From Trabulsiella odontotermitis (GTDB lineage Bacteria > Pseudomonadota > Gammaproteobacteria > Enterobacterales > Enterobacteriaceae), in the NCBI RefSeq assembly GCF_001297775.1, contig NZ_LIFX01000007.1, positions 7,558 to 23,557 of the forward strand: a DNA stretch of 16,000 nucleotides, in the 5' to 3' direction. Below, piece by piece: positions 6,940-12,637 of the stretch. How positions within the stretch are numbered: position 1 is the first letter of the stretch; each line of letters opens with the position of its first letter. The notes under the pieces were generated by a model. The model had not been told where the DNA came from. It did not search any database and saw only the letters and a list, made by a program, of their open reading frames with translations. The translations under genes were made by a program, and so were the position numbers.

Positions 6940-6959
6940 TTTCCACTTCGAAGTGGAAA
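6940..6959. promoter_or_regulatory. Perfect 20-bp palindrome TTTCCACTTCGAAGTGGAAA (candidate operator) upstream of the PRD operon
   Basis: Read directly from the sequence: 10/10 arm complementarity with no spacer. It overlaps a possible -35 (TTCGAA, 6952..6947) that lies 16 nt from a TACAAA -10 (6930..6925) on the minus strand. Confidence 0.5.
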
Positions 6960-6972
6960 GGAAACAGGCAGC

Positions 6973-6988
6973 AGTGATCTGTGCCACA
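6973..6988. promoter_or_regulatory. Weaker CRP-like site (minus strand TGTGG-N6-TCACT)
   Basis: 8/10 match to the TGTGA-N6-TCACA core. The centre is ~6980.5, about 62 bp upstream of the TSS implied by the TACAAA -10, which is class-I-like spacing. It overlaps a sigma-54 look-alike (see rejected list). Confidence 0.3.
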
Positions 6989-7023
6989 TAATTGCGGTGA
7001 ATAAGTTTAATTGACTGGAATTA

Positions 7024-7039
7024 TGTGATGAATATCACG
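7024..7039. promoter_or_regulatory. CRP-binding site candidate TGTGA-tgaata-TCACG
   Basis: 9/10 match to the CRP core TGTGA-N6-TCACA. The left flank is AT-rich. The centre is ~7031.5, which is 51 bp (about 5 helical turns) from the second CRP-like site. Confidence 0.5.
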
Positions 7040-7184
7040 GGGATTGGCGGCAAATCATGGCGTGTCGCAGCGAAAAACCTTGCGAGGCTTCTCGTAAAAA
7101 TGTGATGTCGATAAGGTTTGCTTATAAAAAATCGCTAAGATGCTTGCGGGTGCTTGAGACTTTCCGTCTCAGGCATGGGACGGA

Positions 7185-7300
7185 AAGTGGAAAGCCCCAC
7201 CTGACTATAAATCAAGGTGGGGCCCTAAACTTCACGTCTCAACCGTGGAGGTTAGTGCCTTACCTGCAGAAGCAAGGAGGCATCCATGAAACGACCGCAA
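7185..7300 (-). ncRNA. sok: Candidate Sok-like antisense RNA (exact ends unresolved)
   Basis: There are two candidate minus-strand promoters. One is TTGCTT(7275..7270)-N15-TAACCT(7254..7249), positioned as I recall the R1 sok promoter (TTGCGC-N17-TATCCT). The other is a perfect TATAAT at 7309..7304 with no good -35. On the minus strand the hairpin GCCCCACC-N14-GGTGGGGC (7223..7194), followed by TTTCCACTTTCC, could serve as its terminator. This is an inference by analogy only. Confidence 0.3.
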
Positions 7301-7434
7301 CCAATTATACGGGCGCTGCTGATAATTGCTATGACAATCATCGCAGTGACTCTGATTACCCGGCGATCGCTTTGCGAAATTCGATATCGCAACGGTTCGC
7401 AGGAAGTTGCAGCACGTCTGGATTGCAAATCTGA
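7255..7434 (+). CDS. mok: Possible mok-like overlapping reading frame (modulator of hok translation)
   Basis: This is the 3' part of the track's 7057..7434 ORF. A GTG at 7255 lies 3 nt after GGAGG (7247-7251), and the frame overlaps nearly all of hok, as mok does in R1. The start codon and spacing are suboptimal. An alternative 14-codon ORF (GTG 7245 to TGA 7289) ends in an ATGA overlap with the hok start. Confidence 0.3.
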   Translation: MPYLQKQGGIHETTATNYTGAADNCYDNHRSDSDYPAIALRNSISQRFAGSCSTSGLQI

Positions 7435-7441
7435 CAAGTAA
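7286..7441 (+). CDS. hok: Hok/Gef-family membrane toxin, 51 aa
   Basis: Hand translation gives [51 protein letters not shown]. It has one N-terminal TM helix followed by the family signature TR(K/R)xLCE(I/V)R.R.G..EVAA. Compare R1 Hok (...[28 protein letters not shown]) and E. coli HokB/HokC/HokD. AAGGAGG lies 5 nt before the ATG. The gene is absent from the ORF track because it is under 60 aa. Confidence 0.9.
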   Translation: [51 protein letters not shown]

Positions 7442-7452
7442 GGAGCTATACC

Positions 7453-7475
7453 GGGGGGAGTTCCGAACTCCCCCC
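7453..7475. other. 23-nt near-perfect GC-rich palindrome (GGGGGGAGTTC-C-GAACTCCCCCC) just after the hok stop
   Basis: Read directly from the sequence. It occupies the position of the stable 3' stem-loop of hok mRNAs and lies between convergent hok and cybC. There is no U-tract on either strand. Confidence 0.6.
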
Positions 7476-7513
7476 GCCCCACACAATGAGGGCGTAAGGC
7501 TCAAGCACCTATT

Positions 7514-7903
7514 TTAACGATACTTTTTGTGATAGGTATTGCGCGTCGTCACAAAGCCGTCAGCCGCAGCCTGCGCCTCTTTCACTTTACCTTCGTTAGC
7601 CAGTTTCAGCGCGCCGTCGATTTGCCCGACCAGCGTATCCAGGCCGTGGCGGAAATCTTTCATCTCGGCGCTGTCAGCCGCTTTGCCTTCCAGCTTCGGC
7701 GGCGTCTGTTTCTGCGCATCCAGCGCAGCGGCGCGCATTTTGCTCAGCGCGTCCTTCATGTCCGCGGCGTTATCGGTCTTCTGTACAATTTTCAGGTTTG
7801 CGTTGAGGGTATCCATATCGTCTTCAAGATCGGCGGCAAAGACGTTTGTCGCGCTGAGGACAAGGGAAGACACCGCTAACATCGCGAGGAGTTTTTTACG
7901 CAT
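7514..7903 (-). CDS. cybC: Soluble cytochrome b562 precursor, 129 aa
   Basis: Signal peptide [30 protein letters not shown]. The mature sequence is collinear with E. coli cytochrome b562 as I recall it (ADLEDNMETLNDNL...[32 protein letters not shown]...TTRNxYHxKYR). The heme ligands Met7 and His102 are retained. Confidence 0.95.
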   Translation of the reverse strand: MRKKLLAMLAVSSLVLSATNVFAADLEDDMDTLNANLKIVQKTDNAADMKDALSKMRAAALDAQKQTPPKLEGKAADSAEMKDFRHGLDTLVGQIDGALKLANEGKVKEAQAAADGFVTTRNTYHKKYR

Positions 7904-7957
7904 TGCTCACTTCCTTTTTTGTTATTAACGGCGCGGCAGGTCGCGCCAATAAGTGAA

Positions 7958-9310
7958 TCATTGCCCGGCGATTTTTATCTCCGGCAACAGCACAGAACCA
8001 CACTGTATATTGCTACGTGTTTCAATATCGTCGGCGATGGTGACAATATTGCGCCACATGTCTTTCAGATTCCCGGCGATGGTGATTTCACTCACCGGAT
8101 ACTGAATTTCGCCATTCTCAACCCAAAAGCCTGACGCACCGCGCGAATAATCACCCGTTACGCCACTGACACCCTGCCCCATCAGTTCGGTCACCACAAG
8201 CCCGGTGCCCATTTCTTTTAGCAACTTTTCAAAACTCAGGCCACGCCCGGCAATGCGCCAGTTGTGAATGCCACCCGCATGCCCGGTGCTTCTGAGGCCC
8301 AGTTTACGGGCTGAATAGTTGGTCAGCAGCCATTGCGTGAGGATACCGTCTTTGATGATATCGCGACGTTCTGTGCGTACGCCTTCGCTGTCGAACGGCG
8401 TCGAGGCCAGCCCTTTACGCAGATGCGGATGTTCTTCGATGGTCAGCCACGCCGGCAGGATCTGCTTGCCGAGGGAATCCAGCAGAAACGTAGATTTGCG
8501 GTAGACCGCGCCGCCAGCAATCGCGCCGACCAGGTGCCCAAACAGCCCGGTCGCCACATCACTGGCGAAAATCACCGGCGCTTTCATCGTCGACAGTTTG
8601 CGCGGCGCGAGACGCGCCAGCGTGCGACGCGCGCACTCTTCACCGACCCACTCCGGCGATTTCAGATCATCAATCGCCCGGCCGATGGTGTAGGCGTAAT
8701 CGCGCTCCATTTCGCCGTTCTCTTCCGCAATAACGCAACTGGAAAGCGAATGGCGGGTCGAGCAGTAGCTTTGCAGCATGCCGTGGCTGTTGCCGAACAC
8801 TTTGATGCCGTAGTGGCTGTTAAAACTGCCGCCTTCGGTGTTGGTAATGCGCTTGTCGGCCTTGAGGGCGATTTGTTCGGCGCGGGCCGCCAGTTCGATG
8901 GCTTCATCGGGTGAGATTTCTGACGGATGGAAGAGATCCAGATCCGGCGCGTCAAAGGCCAGCAGGTCTTTATCCGCCACCCCGGCGTAAGGATCGGCGG
9001 AGGTGTAACTGGCGATATCCAGCGCCGCCTGCACGGTGCGCGCAATCGCCTGCGGGCTTAAATCGGTCGACGAGGCACTGCCTTTGCGATTCTGGTGATA
9101 CACCGTAATGCCGAGCGCGCCGTCGCTGTTGAATTCGACATTCTCCACTTCACCGTAACGCGTGCTGACGCCAATGCCGGTGGTTTTCGACACCGACACT
9201 TCGGCGCCATCTGACTTGCCCGACGCCAGTTCCAGCGCGGTAGAGACCGCTTCTTCCAGTGCTTTACGCTGCTCTGCAACTTGTGTGATTACTTTCATCG
9301 TCAATGCCAT
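7958..9310 (-). CDS. pmbA: Metalloprotease PmbA (TldE), 450 aa
   Basis: Collinear, high-identity match to E. coli PmbA from memory (MALxMKVIxQV...[69 protein letters not shown]...[14 protein letters not shown]). Same length and same neighbours. Confidence 0.97.
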   Translation of the reverse strand: MALTMKVITQVAEQRKALEEAVSTALELASGKSDGAEVSVSKTTGIGVSTRYGEVENVEFNSDGALGITVYHQNRKGSASSTDLSPQAIARTVQAALDIASYTSADPYAGVADKDLLAFDAPDLDLFHPSEISPDEAIELAARAEQIALKADKRITNTEGGSFNSHYGIKVFGNSHGMLQSYCSTRHSLSSCVIAEENGEMERDYAYTIGRAIDDLKSPEWVGEECARRTLARLAPRKLSTMKAPVIFASDVATGLFGHLVGAIAGGAVYRKSTFLLDSLGKQILPAWLTIEEHPHLRKGLASTPFDSEGVRTERRDIIKDGILTQWLLTNYSARKLGLRSTGHAGGIHNWRIAGRGLSFEKLLKEMGTGLVVTELMGQGVSGVTGDYSRGASGFWVENGEIQYPVSEITIAGNLKDMWRNIVTIADDIETRSNIQCGSVLLPEIKIAGQ

Positions 9311-9405
9311 AATGTAAAGAGAGTTTCAATGAAGTCTAACAGAGAACCGTTTTCCAGTGCGCGCCTTAACTGGTAACATGTGCCTCTTTTTTTAAGGAGC
9401 CTGAG

Positions 9406-9957
9406 ATGACCAAGCAGCCCAAAGACTGGCTCGACGATGTTCCCGGTGATGACATCGAGGATGAAGATGATGAAATCATCTGGGTCAGTAAAAGTGAAAT
9501 TAAACGCGACGCCGAAGAGTTAAAACAGCTTGGCGCGGAAATGGTCGATCTGGGGAAAAACGCGCTGGATAAAATCCCGCTCGACCAGGATCTCCGTGAC
9601 GCCATCGAACTGGCGCAGCGTATCAAGAAAGAAGGCCGTCGCCGTCAGTTGCAACTGATTGGCAAAATGCTGCGTCAACGCGATGTCGATCCAATTCGCC
9701 AGGCGCTGGATAAGCTGAAAAACCGTCACAACCAGCAGGTTGCGCTGTTTCACAAGCTGGAGCAGATGCGTGATCGCCTGATCGACGAAGGCGACGATGC
9801 CATGGCGGAAGTGCTGAATCTGTGGCCGGATGCCGATCGCCAGCAGATGCGCACACTCATCCGCAATGCGAAGAAAGAGAAAGAAGGGAATAAGCCGCCA
9901 AAATCCGCGCGCCTGATTTTCCAGTATCTGCGCGAACTGGCAGAGAACGAGCAGTAA
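9406..9957 (+). CDS. yjgA: Ribosome-associated protein YjgA (DarP), 183 aa
   Basis: [40 protein letters not shown]... matches E. coli YjgA. AAGGAG precedes the ATG. The gene is divergent from pmbA, as in K-12. Confidence 0.95.
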   Translation: MTKQPKDWLDDVPGDDIEDEDDEIIWVSKSEIKRDAEELKQLGAEMVDLGKNALDKIPLDQDLRDAIELAQRIKKEGRRRQLQLIGKMLRQRDVDPIRQALDKLKNRHNQQVALFHKLEQMRDRLIDEGDDAMAEVLNLWPDADRQQMRTLIRNAKKEKEGNKPPKSARLIFQYLRELAENEQ

Positions 9958-9964
9958 CCGTTTT

Positions 9965-10030
9965 GCCGGATGGCGCTGCGCTTATCCGGCCTACAGGATC
10001 GTAGGCCCGGTAAGCAAAGCGCCACCGGGC
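9965..10030. repeat. BIME: two inverted REP elements between convergent yjgA and mpl
   Basis: REP1 is GCCGGATGGCGCTGCGCTTATCCGGCCTAC (9965-9994). REP2 is GTAGGCCCGGTAAGCAAAGCGCCACCGGGC (10001-10030) in the opposite orientation. Both carry the classic enterobacterial REP consensus ending in CCTAC/GTAGG. Confidence 0.85.
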
Positions 10031-10036
10031 AGTAAA

Positions 10037-11413
10037 CTACGCTTCAACCGCGTCCGTTTTTTTCGCCAGACCGTCCAGCAGTTTCTGATGGATCCCACCA
10101 AAACCGCCGTTACTCATCACCAGAATGTGATCGCCTGGCTGCGCGGATTTCACAATCATCTCCACCAGCGCGTCAACGTCCGCACTCCAGAAGGCTGGCT
10201 GGACGCAGGCTTCCGCCACTTCCGCCACCTGCCAGGGAATATGCTGCGGCTGTAGCAGATACACTTCATCCGCGCGCCCCAGCGACGGCGCCAGATCGCT
10301 TTTGCTGATGCCCATTTTCATGGTGTTGGAGCGTGGCTCCAGCACCGCGATAATGCGCGCCGTGCCGCCCACTTTACCGCGCAGTGCCTGCAGCGTGGCG
10401 AGGATCGCCGTCGGGTGATGCGCGAAATCGTCATACACGCAGACGCCGTTCGCTTCGCCACGCAGTTCCAGGCGGCGGCGGGCGTTGATAAACGACCCCA
10501 ACGCATTCGCGGCATCCGCAGGCGTGACGCCCACATGACGCGCGGCGGCAATCGCCATCAGGCCGTTATTCATGTTGTGTTCGCCAACCAGCGCCCACTT
10601 CACCTGACCGACGACCTCGCCGTCCAGCAGCACTTCCCACTCGGACGCGTCAGTGTTCAGCTTTCTCGCCTGCCAGTGACCCTGTTCGCCCACCAGTTCC
10701 TGTTCGCTCCAGCAGCCCATCGCCATCACCTGTTTCAGGTTAATGTCGTTTTCCGGCAGGATGATGCGCCCCTGACCCGGCACGATGCGCACCAGATGGT
10801 GGAACTGTTTCTGAATTGCTTTCAGATCATCAAAGATGTCCGCGTGGTCAAACTCAAGGTTGTTGAGCACCAGTGTGCGCGGACTGTAATGGACGAATTT
10901 GGAGCGCTTGTCGAAGAACGCACAGTCATATTCGTCAGCTTCGATAACGAAGAACGGGCTGTCGCCGAGACGGGCAGACACATCAAAATTGCCCGGCACA
11001 CCGCCGATCACAAAGCCCGGCTTGTAACCGCAGGCCTCTAAGATCCAGGTTGCCATCCCGGCGGTGGTGGTTTTGCCGTGAGTCCCGGCAATGGCCAGCA
11101 CCCAGCGGTCACGCAGCACGAAATCGTGCAGCCACTGCGGACCGGACATGTACGGAATATTCTTCTCCAGCACCGCTTCCACGCACGGGTTGCCGCGCGT
11201 CATGGCATTGCCGATGATCACCAGATCCGGCTGCGGATCGAGTTGAGCAGGATCGTAACCCTGAATTAAATCAATACCTTGATTTTCCAGTAACGTGCTC
11301 ATTGGCGGATACACGTTGGCGTCCGAACCCGTCACTTCGTGGCCCAGGGTGCGTGCCAGCATCGCCAGTCCGCCCATGAAAGTGCCACAAATTCCCAAAA
11401 TATGAATGCGCAT
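10037..11413 (-). CDS. mpl: UDP-N-acetylmuramate:L-alanyl-gamma-D-glutamyl-meso-diaminopimelate ligase (murein peptide ligase), 458 aa
   Basis: MRIHILGICGTFMGGLAMLAR.LGHEVTGSDANVYPPMSTLLE... is collinear with E. coli Mpl. It carries the Mur-ligase P-loop AGTHGKTTT. Confidence 0.97.
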   Translation of the reverse strand: MRIHILGICGTFMGGLAMLARTLGHEVTGSDANVYPPMSTLLENQGIDLIQGYDPAQLDPQPDLVIIGNAMTRGNPCVEAVLEKNIPYMSGPQWLHDFVLRDRWVLAIAGTHGKTTTAGMATWILEACGYKPGFVIGGVPGNFDVSARLGDSPFFVIEADEYDCAFFDKRSKFVHYSPRTLVLNNLEFDHADIFDDLKAIQKQFHHLVRIVPGQGRIILPENDINLKQVMAMGCWSEQELVGEQGHWQARKLNTDASEWEVLLDGEVVGQVKWALVGEHNMNNGLMAIAAARHVGVTPADAANALGSFINARRRLELRGEANGVCVYDDFAHHPTAILATLQALRGKVGGTARIIAVLEPRSNTMKMGISKSDLAPSLGRADEVYLLQPQHIPWQVAEVAEACVQPAFWSADVDALVEMIVKSAQPGDHILVMSNGGFGGIHQKLLDGLAKKTDAVEA

Positions 11414-11587
11414 AGTTACGTCCTTTCTTTTAGCTGGCGCGTATTTTACTCATATGTTCGACAGCAGCGAAACGCATTTCAGTTAAATCCGTATTTTGCT
11501 GGCGCGATTCACCTGTGCGCTACTATTTGAATCTTTGTTAAGATTGTTGCGGTCGCTTTACTCCACATAAAATGCAGGGAAAGTGTT

Positions 11588-12586
11588 ATGAAAACGTTAG
11601 GTGAATTTATTGTCGAAAAGCAGCACGAGTTCTCTCATGCTACCGGTGAGCTCACTGCTTTGCTGTCGGCAATAAAACTGGGCGCCAAAATTATCCACCG
11701 CGATATCAATAAGGCCGGTCTGGTCGATATCCTGGGTGCCAGCGGTGCTGAGAACGTGCAGGGCGAGGTTCAGCAGAAACTCGATCTGTTCGCGAACGAA
11801 AAACTGAAAGCTGCACTTAAGGCGCGCGACATCGTCGCGGGCATCGCGTCGGAAGAAGAAGACGAGATCGTCGTCTTTGAAGGCTGTGAGCATGCGAAGT
11901 ACGTCGTGCTGATGGATCCGCTGGATGGCTCATCCAACATTGATGTTAACGTTTCTGTTGGCACCATTTTTTCAATCTACCGTCGCGTGACGCCGGTAGG
12001 CACCCCGGTTACCGAAGAGGATTTCCTGCAGCCGGGCAACAGGCAGGTCGCTGCCGGATATGTGGTTTACGGCTCCTCCACCATGCTGGTGTACACCACC
12101 GGCTGCGGTGTTCACGCCTTTACCTACGATCCGTCGCTGGGGGTATTTTGCCTGAGCCAGGAGCGCATGCGCTTCCCGGAAAAAGGCAACACCTACTCCA
12201 TCAACGAAGGCAACTACATCAAATTCCCGATGGGCGTGAAGAAGTACATCAAGTTCTGTCAGGAAGAAGATAAGGCCACGCAGCGTCCGTATACGTCACG
12301 CTATATCGGTTCTCTGGTGGCCGATTTTCACCGTAACCTGCTGAAAGGCGGGATTTATCTCTACCCAAGCACCGCCAGCCACCCGCAGGGTAAACTGCGT
12401 CTGCTGTATGAGTGCAACCCGATGGCCTTCCTCGCCGAACAGGCGGGCGGTAAAGCCAGCGACGGTAAAGCGCGCATTCTGGATATTATCCCGGATAGCC
12501 TGCACCAGCGCCGTCCGTTCTTCGTCGGCACCGATCATATGGTGGAAGATGTGGAACGCTTTATTCGTGAGTTCCCGGACGCGTAA
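11588..12586 (+). CDS. fbp: Fructose-1,6-bisphosphatase class 1, 332 aa
   Basis: [60 protein letters not shown]... matches E. coli Fbp. The metal-site motif [10 protein letters not shown] is present. Confidence 0.97.
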   Translation: MKTLGEFIVEKQHEFSHATGELTALLSAIKLGAKIIHRDINKAGLVDILGASGAENVQGEVQQKLDLFANEKLKAALKARDIVAGIASEEEDEIVVFEGCEHAKYVVLMDPLDGSSNIDVNVSVGTIFSIYRRVTPVGTPVTEEDFLQPGNRQVAAGYVVYGSSTMLVYTTGCGVHAFTYDPSLGVFCLSQERMRFPEKGNTYSINEGNYIKFPMGVKKYIKFCQEEDKATQRPYTSRYIGSLVADFHRNLLKGGIYLYPSTASHPQGKLRLLYECNPMAFLAEQAGGKASDGKARILDIIPDSLHQRRPFFVGTDHMVEDVERFIREFPDA

Positions 12587-12597
12587 TACCTGAACGT

Positions 12598-12637
12598 CTG
12601 ACCCTCTTCCCGATGGGGAGAGGGTCAGTGTGAGGCA
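12598..12637. repeat. GC-rich palindromic intergenic element (14-bp stem CTGACCCTCTTCCC / GGGGAGAGGGTCAG plus GTGTGAGGC tail), same family as 1341-1384
   Basis: The stem spans 12598-12611 / 12615-12628 with one G-U pair on the plus strand and a 3-nt loop. It lies between convergent fbp and the MCP gene. No U-tract follows on either strand. Confidence 0.6.

Larger units (their letters stand above)
7148..7512 (+). other. hok/sok-type type I toxin-antitoxin locus (approximate extent of the full-length hok mRNA)
   Basis: The 5' segment GGTGCTTGAG (7149-7158) is perfectly complementary to CTCAAGCACC (7500-7509) at the 3' end, matching the fold-back-inhibition (fbi) pairing described for hok mRNAs. 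A 5' hairpin has a 10-bp perfect stem, ACTTTCCGTC / GACGGAAAGT (7159-7168 / 7179-7188). A second hairpin is GCCCCACC / GGTGGGGC (7194-7201 / 7216-7223). By my recollection, the leader resembles the plasmid R1 hok leader (GGCGCUUGAGGCUUUCUGCCUC...). Confidence 0.8.

Noticed and set aside
6854-6946. The ORF-track start of the PRD gene at 6946.
   Set aside because: The codon is GTG, sits inside the 20-bp palindrome and has no SD. The ATG at 6853 has GGAG at ideal spacing, and the PRD homology begins after it. The choice is not fully excluded, and a GTG at 6871 is a third option.
6968-6988. Sigma-54-like promoter on the minus strand: TGGCACAGATCACTGCT, with the first 10 nt resembling glnAp2 (TGGCACAGAT). 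This is tempting because the Salmonella dga operon is sigma-54-dependent.
   Set aside because: The GG and GC dinucleotides are separated by 11 nt, not the strictly required 10, and there is no TTGC at -12. The same bases are equally well read as a CRP-like half-site pair. I keep it only as something to test if the left-edge regulator proves to be an AAA+ enhancer-binding protein.
7184-7193. AAGTGGAAAG occurs both in the hok leader hairpin and at the right arm of the operon palindrome (6951-6960). This could be a shared regulator site linking the toxin and the operon.
   Set aside because: A single 10-mer coincidence is expected by chance, and there is no surrounding similarity.
7057-7434. 125-aa plus-strand ORF from the track.
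   Set aside because: Its 5' two-thirds runs through the operon/hok promoter region and the structured hok mRNA leader, and it has no RBS at 7057. Only its 3' part (from GTG 7255) is considered, as a possible mok-like frame. The real gene here is the 51-aa hok in another frame.
11467-11482. Cra(FruR)-like sequence GCGAAACGCATTTCAG in the mpl-fbp intergenic region. Nearby are permuted repeats GCTGGCGCG+TATTTT (11433-11447) and GTATTTT+GCTGGCGCG (11491-11506).
   Set aside because: The half-sites GAAAC/ATTTC are separated by two extra nt relative to the TGAAAC|GTTTCA consensus as I recall it. The short repeats are within chance expectation. I cannot support a call without a PWM scan or comparative alignment.
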